DNA of 41,505 nt from Octopus bimaculoides (Eukaryota), in assembly GCF_001194135.2 (NCBI RefSeq), contig NC_068981.1, positions 115,947,934 to 115,989,438 on the forward strand, written 5' to 3'. A model generated the notes under the pieces. The model was not told where the DNA came from, did no database searches, and worked only from the letters and a program-made list of their open reading frames with translations. Positions 1-12,069 of this stretch are shown here, one piece after another. Position 1 is the first letter of the stretch; each line of letters starts with the position of its first letter. A program made the position numbers and the translations under genes.

Positions 1-226
1 ATGTCAGGTTAGATATGGCATTAATCAAGTTCCCTGGGACTTTAGCAAGTCGGAGGGCTTCTAGCATCCACGAATGGGGGACAGAGTCGAAGGCTTTTTT
101 ATAGTCAAGCCACATGGAGACCAGATTTCTTCTGTGCTGCCGTACCTCCGTCATTACTACCTTATTTATAAGTAGTTGTTCAGTACATCCCCAGACTCCT
201 TTCTTCCCAGCTGCTTGTTCAGCTAT

Positions 227-361
227 GTGTATGTATGTATGTATGTATGTATGTATGTATCTATGTGTGTCTGTGAGTGCGTGCGTAGGTGTGTGCATGT
301 GTGTGTGTGTGTGAATGCGTGTGCGTGTGTGTGTGTGTCTGTCTGTCTGTGTGCGTGCGTG
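227..361. repeat. Compound (TATG)n/(TG)n microsatellite
   Basis: Directly visible tandem TATG followed by degenerate TG repeats. Confidence 0.95.
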
Positions 362-1587
362 CTGATTCACCTGAAGTGATATATTACAGGACTCAATAAA
401 AAGGCAGAGTATTCTTTGATGCATTATAACTGCAGGGCTACGCTTTCCAGTACTCCGAGTCGCTCGTTTCCGATCATCAGCTGGTAAACCGAGATTTTTT
501 TTTAATATTTACTGTCTGAACACATATCATTACACAACCACACACGCAGGCAAACATGCGTGCGCACACACATATGCATGCTCTTTCTTCGTCTGCCTGT
601 CTGTGTGTGTGTCTCTCTTTCACTCATATGTATGCGAAAACCAGGTAAAGTCGTGTACTTACTTAACCTTGTGATCAACAAAATGACCACAGGCTTTCAT
701 AATGAAGATGTTTATTAAACATGCTCTCTCAGCGGTTCTGCAATGCTGGAGCTAAGCTTCATTAGGCTTAACTTATCAGAGTTTGAGGTCTTTTCACACG
801 ATTGTTGAAATATTAAAGAACTCATTAAATATCTCCCTGAATTGTTTTCTTAAAATCGTGGAAATGGTAGCAGGTGATATTTAGACAGTGGAAATGAATA
901 TAAACTAAAGCATAAGAGAAAAATAAGAAGATATAAAATCAAGAAATAAATAAGACGAAAAAACACTATCTAATTAGTGGCATGCCTCAGGAACACGTCA
1001 CTCTCTTATTTCCGTTACTTTCTTTCTTTCGCTCACTTTCTCTGTCTTTATATCCCTCTCACACGTCTCCTATGTTCGTATGTATTTGTACCTATATCTA
1101 TGTTTTTATGTATGTATGTATGCATGTATGTATGTATGTATACATATATATATATATANNNNNNNNNNNNNNNNNNNNNNNNNNNNNNNNNNNNNNNNNN
1201 NNNNNNNNNNNNNNNNNNNNNNNNNNNNNNNNNNNNNNNNNNNNNNNNNNNNNNNNNNNNNNNNNNNNNNNNNNNNNNNNNNNNNNNNNNNNNNNNNNNN
1301 NNNNNNNNNNNNNNNNNNNNNNNNNNNNNNNNNNNNNNNNNNNNNNNNNNNNNNNNNNNNNNNNNNNNNNNNNNNNNNNNNNNNNNNNNNNNNNNNNNNN
1401 NNNNNNNNNNNNNNNNNNNNNNNNNNAGCAATACATATATTTATATATATACATGTATTTATATATATATATGTAAATATACATATGCAAATATATATTT
1501 GTATACATATCCATGGATACATGCATTCATATATGTATATGCGTATATCTATATCAATGTATATATGATGTACATTGATATGAAGAG

Positions 1588-1588
<1 letters not shown>

Positions 1589-1619
<31 letters not shown>

Positions 1620-1684
1620 TGTATGTATGTATGTATGTATGTATGTACGTATGTGTGTGTATGCATGCATGTATGTATGTATGT

Positions 1685-1735
<51 letters not shown>

Positions 1736-1760
1736 CATAGATAGATAGATAGATAGATAG
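1589..1760. repeat. (TATG)n followed by (GATA)n microsatellite
   Basis: Near-perfect TATG run to about 1685, then a TAGA/GATA run to about 1760. Confidence 0.97.
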
Positions 1761-2839
1761 ACATGTGAGTGCACATAGGTGCAAAATATACTGGAAAAGG
1801 AGTACTCGAATACCAAAGGCAGAGTAATATATAAAATTTTATTGGAGTGGAAAAACTTTTACTCCGAACCTCAAAATATCGACCATCAAGCAGAAATGAA
1901 GTCTTGGAACAATACAACGGTTTGAAATAGTTTTAAATGATGAAGTGAGGATTAGTTAACAACTAATCAAATAAGCATTTAAATCTGATCGGACAAGGTG
2001 TGACATTCCAAAATTAATAAAATCTGTTGGATTTCCCCATACCAATTTAATTTCTTTAAAAATATTTGTCTTACTCCTCTGCTCTTTTTCATATTTCATT
2101 ATTTATTTTTTAAATTTTTGCTGTCGTATTGCTCTTTCTATTTAAATTCTAAAACGGTTCATGCCTGGAATTTTCCTTGGCAGCTGATATTGCATCAATT
2201 AGCGAATAGTTCTTCAGTTTATTTAACTTTATTTCACTGGTTGTAAATGTTTACATAGTTCGTATTTGTCCAACAAAGTACCCAAGACTGACCAGATGTC
2301 ATGTCAGTGCCCGCAGACTTCGACCGGGAGCTAAGAATTCACCACACCACGCTGATTTTAATATCGAAAAATCATTTTTTTGAAGTAAACACTACTGTTT
2401 CACTCTAGTTTGATTTATACATACATACATACATACATACATCCATACATACATACATGCATGCATATNNNNNNNNNNNNNNNNNNNNNNNNNNNNNNNN
2501 NNNNNNNNNNNNNNNNNNNNNNNNNNNNNNNNNNNNNNNNNNNNNNNNNNNNNNNNNNNNNNNNNATATATATATATATATATATATAAACGCACCAAAT
2601 CAAACACCCCTTCCCATATACATATAGGTAGGGCTACATTATAAATGAGAGGCGGTAGTGACAAATATAATTGCAGGAAAATTAAAAATGGTGGGGGATG
2701 TTTATAAAGGGAATTGTACCAAACGTCGGTGGTGCAACTTATGTAAAGAAATTATCTCAGTAAAATTTACAAATTAATTTGGACGTTCTGGGAATTTAGA
2801 TATCCATAGATATCCAGTTGTTGAGTAAAGGAAATATTC

Positions 2840-2948
2840 TGTATTTATGAAAGCAAGACGAAAGGCAGAGTCAACCTCGGCGGAATTTGAACTCTGAATG
2901 AAAAGGCCGCTAAATATTTTGCTCAGCATGCTAAACATTCTGCTTGTC
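2840..2948 (-). mobile_element. tRNA-derived SINE, family A, partial
   Basis: Reverse complement of the 5' half of the copy at 4844 (AAAGGCAGAGTCAACCTCGGCGGAATTTGAACTC). Confidence 0.8.
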
Positions 2949-3140
2949 AACTTTGAAATTTCCGGGATGATGATACCTTGCTATCTTCGTCTTGTAAAAT
3001 ATTCACTTCTTCATTTTATAGACTTAATACCATTCATTCACAACAATATTGACTACGTCTGCAAAACTTGGCAGTAAAACCATACTCGTTAATCAGTCGA
3101 AAGATCGAAATTAGTAGTAAATTTTATACTACCAGCATAA

Positions 3141-3283
3141 GGCGGGGAGTTGAGAGAATCGTTTACACGCCGGACAAAATACTTACCGGCATTTCGTCTG
3201 CTTTTACGTTCTGAGTCCAAATTCCACCGAGGTCGGCTTTGCTTTTCGTCCTTTCGATGTCGATAAAATACGTACCAGTGCAT
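3141..3283 (+). mobile_element. tRNA-derived SINE, family A, 3'-truncated
   Basis: GGCGGGGAG head, B-box-like GAGTCCAAATTCC and central CCTTTCGATGTCGATAAAATACGTACCAG. Aligns by eye with the copies at 3692, 4463, 4844 and 35243. Confidence 0.85.
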
Positions 3284-3294
3284 GTGGTAAAATC

Positions 3295-3516
3295 TGAAAC
3301 CAATACTATAATGGTTTAAAGTTTTGTCACAAGGACAATAATTTCATGGAAGGGGCTAAGTCGATTACATCGACTCCTACTGTTCAACTTCTATTATTTT
3401 ATTGACACTGGAAGGATGAAAAGCAACGGTAACCACGGCGGAATTTGAACTCAGGACGTAAAGACAGACAATATGCTGCTAAGTGCTTTGCTCGAGGTGC
3501 TAATGATTCTGTAGCT
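3295..3516 (-). mobile_element. tRNA-derived SINE, family A
   Basis: Contains CACGGCGGAATTTGAACTCAGGACGTAAAGAC and AAGTCGATTACATCGAC, the reverse complements of family A motifs. Confidence 0.85.
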
Positions 3517-3691
3517 TTCAATTGACAAGATTTAATAAAACTGATAGCTAAGACTGCTTCATCGAAAACTGATTTTAATATATATGAAATTTTTGCACTA
3601 CTAATGCATATCTGTGAAGAATGGTTCAAATGCTGTTACAGGTTTTGCAACATTTTTGATTTCTGTTTCAGTGTCATTCCTATCATTACTT

Positions 3692-3890
3692 GGCGGCGAA
3701 CTGGCAGAATCCTTCGCACACCGAACCAAATGCTTAGCGGCATTTCTTCCGGCTTTACGTTCCCAATTCAAATTCAGTTGAGGTCGACTTTGCCTTTCAT
3801 TCTATTGAGTCGAAAATATCAGTAACAATTGAGCACTGGTGTCGATATAATCGATTATCCCTCTCGCCAAGAATTTCAAGCCTTATGCTT
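3692..3890 (+). mobile_element. tRNA-derived SINE, family A
   Basis: GGCGGCGAACTGGCAGAA head, GAGGTCGACTTTGCCTTTCAT and CACTGGTGTCGATATAATCGA. Confidence 0.9.
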
Positions 3891-4462
3891 ATAGTAAAAT
3901 ATAATTTTTTCCAGTTTATTTCGATCATTTAATAAAACTTCCAAACAGTCACATAGAGCAACAAATCTTTTTCTATTGTCTCATTTTAGTCATATTGATC
4001 AAAATAAGTGAAATCGTAAGTCCAGCAACATCTGTTGACTTACCTAGCTGTAATTATTATGCATTACTTAAATGTAATTTCGAAATAAGTTCTGCTTTAA
4101 TGTCAATTGCAATACATATTAATACACCTTTGCAACAGTAGAAATGGAGACAGGTCTTCATTATTTTCACAAACCCTGCATGAAACATAGATGAGATGAT
4201 ATCGTTTAATCAAAGATTTTAGCACCGACATTATGAAACTTACCACCGAGATCCATGTTTTACATAATGGTTTAGTTGCATTTCGGTATAATTTTTAAAT
4301 TTGTTAAATATGAACATTTTAGAATTATGATTACTCGTATCAGGTTTTCTTTTAAAATGAGAAATATCATATATTTAAAAGTTAGATGATCTGCTTCCAT
4401 ATAGCCTCGTAATTTCTCTGGTATTTAAGACCTGTCTGTTAATCTTTTTTGCTTCAAAATAA

Positions 4463-4660
4463 GGGGACGAGCTGGCAGAATCGTTAACACACCGGGAAAA
4501 ATGGTTAGCGACATTTCGTCCGTATTTACGTCCTGAGCTCAGATGCCATCGGTGTTGACTTTACCGTCCATCCTTTCAGTGTCAATGAAATAGCACCAGT
4601 TGAACATTTAGCCCCTTCGCCGAAACTGCTGGCCATGTGCCAAAATTTGAAATCAATATT
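4463..4660 (+). mobile_element. tRNA-derived SINE, family A, diverged
   Basis: GGGGACGAGCTGGCAGAATCGTTAACACACCGGG head and 3' GTGCCAAAATTTGAAATCAATA. Confidence 0.85.
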
Positions 4661-4843
4661 TTGCTACAAAGTAAAGACATCTACATTTATTATATTCGTC
4701 ATTTATTATATTAGCAAGAGTTCAGTAGAAATTATTTAATATCCATTACGTTCTTACTAAGCTACGTGCAATCGGAAGGTGCAAATTTTTTCTACGTATA
4801 TGTTAATCAGAATTTAAGGTTTATCAATATCTATATCTTCTAA

Positions 4844-5054
4844 GGCGGCGAACTGGCAGAAACGTTAGCACGCCAGACGAAATGCTTAGCGGAATTTGGT
4901 CTGTTTTTACGTTCTAATTTCAAATTCCGCCGAGGTCGACTTTGCCTGTCATCCTTTCGGGGTCGATAAATTAAGTATCAGTTGCGTACTGGAGTCGATC
5001 TAATTGACTGGCCCCTCCCCCAAAATTTCGGGCCTTGTGCCTAGAGTAGAAAAG
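4844..5054 (+). mobile_element. Full-length tRNA-derived SINE, family A (octopus OR/OK-type, exact family not assignable), with target-site duplication
   Basis: A-box-like TGGCAGAAACG and B-box-like TTCAAATTCC. Flanked by a 16-bp direct repeat with one mismatch: AATATCTATATCTTCT (4826-4841) and AATATCTATATTTTCT (5055-5070). Confidence 0.92.
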
Positions 5055-6650
5055 AATATCTATATTTTCTTTAGATGTTGAAGTTTCAGAAATTTCTGCA
5101 TTGTCATATTACTCAACCACCTCTATTTGAATCATCGATCCATTGTAAGAGAGAGCTTCGAGAACCCTAAAGTCGTTTTTGAAGAAAAACATATTAAAAT
5201 GCCTTCTTAAATAGTTTACCTAATTTATAATAACACAAACAATAATTAAGTTCCAAAAGCAAGACGTTACCGGTACAGTGGTTTTACAGAGTACGTTACA
5301 AGGTCGGTGCCTACTGAAGGCAGCAATTCACGTCACCTAACTTGCCGCTTGATTCCCATTGCACCTGCCGCTTGGTAGAACGTAGGGCCTGCAGAGGCGC
5401 ATTATTCAACTAAAGGCGATTCTTCACGCCTAACTTATTTTGAAAATAAAGTTTCATTAAATTTTATTTAAAAATATCTTATTCTGTGGAACATCGGAAT
5501 TTTTTGCATTTTGGAAAACAACGAACATAGAAGCATACCATATTTTACATATAATTACATAAGCACACACAAATACACAGATAAGTACACAGACAGTGAC
5601 ACATGCAAACTCACGCACACACACACACGCACACACACATACACGCACACACACATATAACACACACATAAAACACATACGCACAATCAGTTGATTTCGA
5701 TTTGTGGTTTATTATGTATTTGTTATTTGCTTTATCTATGATATGCAAATGAAGTGATATGAACATTTCCAACGAAGGGATATTTGTTATGAACTACAGG
5801 TTCAGTCAACAACTCGATTTTATACATAAATATGAAGAATCGATACTTTTTCAGATACAGTAATGGCGATACAGTGTATTATTTCCCATCTTATACAATA
5901 ATGTTGTAGTACAAATCTTCTGGTAAAAAGGAGGTGGAAAAAATAGCAGAATTATGCAATAAAACCTATTGCCAGCTCCAGTCTCCTTGTTTATAGACAT
6001 ATATATACTCACTTGGAAATGGATGCGTCGCGCTCAATTAAATAATAAATAATTTATATATATATATATATATATATATATNNNNNNNNNNNNNNNNNNN
6101 NNNNNNNNNNNNNNNNNNNNNNNNNNNNNNNNNNNNNNNNNNNNNNNNNNNNNNNNNNNNNNNNNNNNNNNNNNNNNNNNNNNNNNNNNNNNNNNNNNNN
6201 NNNNNNNNNNNNNNNNNNNNNNNNNNNNNNNNNNNNNNNNNNNNNNNNNNNNNNNNNNNNNNNNNNNNNNNNNNNNNNNNNNNNNNNNNNNNNNNNNNNN
6301 NNNNNNNNNNNNNNNNNNNNNNNNNNNNNNNNNNNNNNNNNNNNNNNNNNNNNNNNNNNNNNNNNNNNNNNNNNNNNNNNNNNNNNNNNNNNNNNNNNNN
6401 NNNNNNNNNNNNNNNNNNNNNNNNNNNNNNNNNNNNNNNNNNNNNNNNNNNNNNNNNNNNNNNNNNNNNNNNNNNNNNNNNNNNNNNNNNNNNNNNNNNN
6501 NNNNNNNNNNNNNNNNNNNNNNNNNNNNNNNNNNNNNNNNNNNNNNNNNNNNNNNNNNNNNNNNNNNNNNNNNNNNNNNNNNNNNTATATATATATATAT
6601 TTGTATAAGAAAAAGTAAACGGAGAAATTGATATATAGACTTTATTAAAA

Positions 6651-6975
6651 CATATTCAATTCCAAATAATATCAACTCCATTGCAACCACAAATGTTTCC
6701 AGGCCCAACGAATACAATTTGAGAAATTAAATTAAATTAAATTAAATTTTCAAATTGAATATTTTTAATTGGGCATTTCGCCAGGGGAAGAATTTCACGC
6801 TAAGCAGCTACATTCCAACATTTTGTTTGACCCTTTCTATGAAACTCTTCCCCTGACGAAATGCCCAATTAACGATATTCAATTTGAAATTTAATTTAAT
6901 TTCTCAAATTGGACTGGTTGAACATGGAAACAATTGTAGGTGTAATGGATTTGATATTGTTGGGAACTGAATATG
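6651..6975. repeat. Long inverted repeat (foldback/MITE-like element)
   Basis: 6651-6796 is the reverse complement of 6840-6975 with scattered mismatches and a different AAATT copy number, for example TTAATTGGGCATTTCGCCAGGGGAAGA versus TCTTCCCCTGACGAAATGCCCAATTAA. The spacer is about 43 nt. Confidence 0.9.
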
Positions 6976-8622
6976 AATTCTTGGCGTTATGATTAGTAAG
7001 TCTCTAAGTTCAATCTCAGTAATAATGTTTTATACTCTCGATCGTGTATTCTCCATACTATCATAGGTTTGACTCAGTTTCTAAGATTCAATTTCTAAGA
7101 CTTACTTTCTAAGAATTTGTTACCTCTTGTCATTTGTTTATATTTTATTATTCTATTAAAAATCGTTCTAATAAAACTAAGTTGACTCTTGTTATATATT
7201 TATAGTACATTGGACAGAAAGAATGACAACACAAAAGAATATACGACGATTAATATTGGAATAGGTATAAACCCACATTTTTTCGTTGTCTTCAGAATTG
7301 TAAATTTGAGCTCCACCATGTTCTTAATTTTTTCTATGTGTTAGAAATTTTCTATTGAGTGTCTATATATAGGTGCAGATTAAAGCCGTGACAAAAACCG
7401 TTGTGGTTCACTGAACCAAATATGTATATAATTTCTCAGTTTAACACATTCGTTTATATTTTACAAAATGTTACGAGCAGTTATAACACATCTTCGGTCT
7501 TCTTTCTTTTCACCAGTTTTAAAAGTTCTGCAAAATATTATGGAATCTGCCTTTTTTTTAATCTTTGACTCAACCATAAAAATAAATAATTGCAATATCA
7601 CAAATATTCTAAAATCAATAATAAGCAGTATTCACTAATGAATTCATTAAAATAACCATCAGGAATGCAGTTAAATAAACTCATGAATACCTAAAAGACA
7701 ACAGGTGATACGTGTGCATTAAATAAGAATTATATCTCGTCTATAAAGCTTCGAGTGTATAACTGAAGAAAAAATAGCAGAAATAAGTATTTTATAATGA
7801 TTAGAAATATTGATTTAAACCGTTCGTTATTGTATTTGTAACTAAAATGCACCGCATGGTTTTTCCTTTATATTCTAATAATCAAAAATTTAGACTATAA
7901 CATACTGTTTGAATCATAGATGTATTCAAGTGTTGTCTAATTACAGATAAGCACAGGAAAAATCTGAAATATGATGTTATTCAAAACTGTTTAAATATTA
8001 GCATATAAAATTAGATTTTTTGTTCCAGTATTGCATTATATATGATAATAATTAAACAATTTTGAATAATATCATGTTTCAGATTTATATTGTAATACTT
8101 ATGGTAAAATGCCCTAATTTCATCCACTTTTGTCCGCTTATATTTACATTTTGCATAGTACTTTGTCTCTACCATTCTTATATGAGTCACTTGAATTGGA
8201 ATAAACAGTAGTAAATAGTTAATGAGGCGGTTTAGGACCGATTTCTTCTAAAAATTGTGGAACAGAAATATTTTAAAACTTTTTCCTTTCTGAAAACCAT
8301 TGCTCTCAACACATCTGCTCAATATTCTTTACACACTCGCAAACGAAAATATCCACTTGAACGTCTACTACGCCTTACGATTAACATTCCACAAATTTGC
8401 CTACCATTAACATAATTCAGTGGCCATATCAGCTTGAAACAATTTTGCAAGATTAAACCATAAATTTGCAATAAATCTAATGTGCTTTCTTGCAGTATAG
8501 ATAGACGAGGAGCGGACCCGAGATCCCGGAAATGCGAAAGAGAACTTCTTATATTGTAAATCGTTCTTTTCTTCCGTATGTATCAGCAATATACAGACAC
8601 ACATACATATGTCTGTATAGAT

Positions 8623-8695
<73 letters not shown>

Positions 8696-9120
8696 NNNNN
8701 NNNNNNNNNNNNNNNNNNNNNNNNNNNNNNNNNNNNNNNNNNNNNNNNNNNNNNNNNNNNNNNNNNNNNNNNNNNNNNNNNNNNNNNNNNNNNNNNNNNN
8801 NNCCCCCCCCCCCACACACACAAACACACTATCGAAGTCTACCAACCAATACCAATTAAAAGTTTTCGTTTCTAGACTGCCTGCATGCAAGAATCATTAA
8901 TCAGCAGTAATTAGTTGAGTTTGGCATTGAATATTGATTTTAGGGAAGAGAAAGGATTAACCTTCAGTGTTGTTGATAAAAAATGAATGCGAATTGAAGT
9001 GTAGAGAGCTACATAGAAGTAGCTACATAGAAGAATAGAATTGTAGAGAGCTACATATGTAGCTAGATACAAAGGTAGCCACACACGATCACATATGTAT
9101 ACACAGATATAACTTATATA

Positions 9121-9213
9121 ATAATAACAGCAATAATAATAATAATAACAATAACAATAATAACAACAACAACAACAACAACAACAATAATAATAATAAT
9201 AATGATAATAATA
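9121..9213. repeat. (AAT)n/(AAC)n microsatellite
   Basis: Directly visible. Confidence 0.95.
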
Positions 9214-9607
9214 AATGCCCTGATGCAGTACCAGGCAGTGGCTCCCATGGCTTCTCATCTTAACTGATTAGAAGTGTTATCATCTACATTGTTTTGACTT
9301 GGTATAAAAAGATGGGCTACAGCAAATATTCTGCTCAATACCACAGATTTGCTTTTCAGTTGTTTGACCTTCAGCAGTTGAGCATGTCCCTTAGTGGTTG
9401 ACGATATGTGCACTTCTGATCACGTCCCCCCACCATCTGCAAGGTCAGGCGCTGTTTATCTTGAAATGAGATCACCATGTCGCGCACATATGATTGTGAT
9501 GCATGTGCCTGGTGTATCCTTGTCAGACGGGTAGTCATGATGGGTATAATGGGCTTCGTATATTTTACCCCAGTGTCACTTTGAATGTATGCACTACTCT
9601 CTCACTC
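9214..9607 (+). mobile_element. Putative non-autonomous retroposon (unclassified) embedded in (AAT)n
   Basis: About 390 bp of non-coding, higher-complexity sequence with (AAT)n on both sides in the same orientation. No ORF and no clear Pol III head. Repeat status is from recall of octopus sequence only. Confidence 0.5.
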
Positions 9608-9676
<69 letters not shown>

Positions 9677-9752
9677 TATTATTATTATTATTATTATTAT
9701 TATCATCGTCATCATCATCATCATCATTATTATTATTATTATTATTATTATT
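9608..9752. repeat. (AAT)n switching to (ATT)n/(CAT)n: converging retroelement tails
   Basis: AAT run to about 9675, then ATT, CAT and ATT runs to 9752. Confidence 0.95.
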
Positions 9753-10680
9753 GCTATTCAGTAGTTTTATTTTTATTACGTGCTTTCACTGCACTACCGA
9801 GCGTAGCTCTGTGAGCCTTAGGTATGTGCTGTGGTTTGTTGTGATGTTCTTATTTTCACTGTATTCACAGTGTTTTACGTAGGATGTGTGCAGTACCTAG
9901 TAGTGCTATTTTCTGTATGTTATATATATTTGTTAGTTCTGATGTTTTTGTTATGTATTTGTCTGAATATTTTTTTATTATACCTAAGGCACCTACTATG
10001 ATAGGAATTGTTTCTGTTTTTAGACTCCACATTCGAGTTACTTCTATTTCCAGGTCTTTGTATTTTGAAAGTTTTTCCATTTCTTTTAGAGAAACGTTGT
10101 CATCTGCTGGTATTGATACATCAATTAGAAAGCATTTTTTTCTTCATGATCTCTGACAACTGTATCTGGACTATTGGCCTTAATTTCTGTATCTGGGTGT
10201 ATTGGCATATCTCAGAGTATGGTTGCTTTCTCATTTTCTGGAAACTTTTCTTGCGTGTACCTATACCATCTTTTATCTGTTGTTATTCCATAGTGTTGGC
10301 ATAGCTTCCAGTGTATGTAGATCCAAACTCTGTTGTGACAGTGAATATATTCCTTCTTAGCCAGGACTGGGCAGCCAGAGACAATATGATTTATTGTTTC
10401 TTGTCCAAATCCACATATTCTGCAGTTACTTGTTATGTTTCTTTTCATCATATGTTTTTAGTAATTTCTGGTGGGGAGGCTTTGATCTAACATCTTCGTA
10501 TGTTAGCTAGTTTATTAGGGTTCATTTCTGTATCCAAGTCTTTATTTAGGTTATTTTTCTTCCAGGTTTTAAATGTATATGTTGCTGTGTTTTCGTTCCT
10601 TGGGTAGAGCACTGCTGTAAAATAAGCGTGTAGGGCTGAAATATGTTCATCATGTATGTATATATGCTTTCTTGATTTTA
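9753..10680 (-). mobile_element. 5'-truncated, decayed R4/Dong-like non-LTR retrotransposon (CCHC knuckle plus restriction-like endonuclease), copy 1
   Basis: Minus-strand translation across stops and frameshifts gives DQSLPTRNY..MMKRNITSNCRICGFGQETINHIVSGCPVLAKKEYIHCHNRV (C-x2-C..H-x4-C, RHN-like), KATIL*D..IKANSPDTVV..CFLIDVSIP..KEMEKLSKYKDL (PD..D..K RLE motif) and PIIVGALG..QKIALLGTAHILRKTL* ending at 9865. A short 3' UTR with AATAAA precedes an (AAT)n tail. Confidence 0.92.
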
Positions 10681-10748
10681 TTATCATTGTTATTATTATT
10701 ATTATTATTCGATACAATGCATTAAAATGCACTGTATATATCTATACA

Positions 10749-10783
<35 letters not shown>

Positions 10784-11469
10784 GAAGAAAGTCGATCGAA
10801 TCTAAAAAGCTTTTGGAGATCGGANNNNNNNNNNNNNNNNNNNNNNNNNNNNNNNNNNNNNNNNNNNNNNNNNNNNNNNNNNNNNNNNNNNNNNNNNNNN
10901 NNNNNNNNNNNNNNNNNNNNNNNNNNNNNNNNNNNNNNNNNNNNNNNNNNNNNNNNNNNNNNNNNNNNNNNNNNNNNNNNNNNNNNNNNNNNNNNNNNNN
11001 NNNNNNNNNNNNNNNNNNNNNNNNNNNNNNNNNNNNNNNNNNNNNNNNNNNNNNNNNNNNNNNNNNNNNNNNNNNNNNNNNNNNNNNNNNNNNNNNNNNN
11101 NNNNNNNNNNNNNNNNNNNNNNNNNNNNNNNNNNNNNNNNNNNNNNNNNNNNNNNNNNNNNNNNNNNNNNNNNNNNNNNNNNNNNNNNNNNNNNNNTATA
11201 TATATATATATATATTATAGTTACACATTTTTTCTACATGCATACAAACAGATACGCATATATATGAAGAAAAATGCATTAAAGCCTGAGTTCAAAATTA
11301 TATACAAATTAATTTATTGAATGAGTTCAGAGACTGATCTTCAAATATACATTTTCAGAAGTTTTGAGAAATAACCATTCATAAAAACGCCTGTCCGAAT
11401 AGAAAATGATTTTTTAAATCTTTCGTTCTGTTTGAATTGAATATTTTTCGTGAAGTTTGTACAAATTAG

Positions 11470-11847
11470 GTGCAAGCATTACTGCGTAGATAAAAGGCTC
11501 ACTTTCTAACCACGTACCTTAGGGTTCAGTTCCACTGCGTAGTAACAAATATCTTCTGCTATAGTCCCAGGCTGACCAAACCCCTGTGAGTGGATTTAGT
11601 CGACGGAAACCGCGGTGTATAAATACGGATGTATATATGTATGTTTGTGGTTTTGTGTTTGTCACCTCACAACTTGACAACCGGTATTGGTCTGATTACA
11701 GCCCCATAAATTATCGGTTCGGCAAATGAAATCCCAAACAATAAGTACCAGACTTAAATTAATGGGGTTGTTTCCTCCGATTCATCTCCAGTATTGTCCC
11801 CCACTATGGACGCAATCCAATGACTGAAACAAGTAAAAGATAAGAGT
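11470..11847 (+). mobile_element. SINE family B, diverged full-length
   Basis: GGGTTCAGTTCCACTGCGT, GTGAGTGGATTT and 3' AATGACTGAAACAAGTAAAAGA match the copy at 13756. Confidence 0.85.
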
Positions 11848-12028
11848 TGAAGGCTTTTTGAAGGAGGACGGCATGTTCCATTCCAGTCGTTTATCTTTGT
11901 TTTGATTTCATAAAATGTGGACTACATTTTGTAATAACTACAAGGTGGACTCCTACTACTTCTCTATCAATGAAATCAAATTAAGTAAGAAGCTTAAGCT
12001 ACAGCCTAGGTATTTTATTTGTAGCTCT

Positions 12029-12069
<41 letters not shown>

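Noticed and set aside
465-480. CTGATGATCGGAAACG on the minus strand (hammerhead core plus GAAAC)
   Set aside because: There is no room for stem II and no stem I pairing was found.
7260-7520. GIY-YIG endonuclease assignment for the decayed minus-strand frame
   Set aside because: Only a YRHS..FTILK resemblance exists. There are no GIY/YIG or Cys motifs and no adjacent RT remnant.
8497-8545. TAGACGAGGAGCGGACCCGAGATCCCGGAAATGCG as a hammerhead variant
   Set aside because: The core is non-canonical and the helices are not demonstrable from this single copy.
9799-9809. GAGCGTAGCTC shared between the R4-like 3' UTR and hammerhead stem II at 34439
   Set aside because: An 11-nt match in 41 kb is expected by chance, and the flanks are unrelated.
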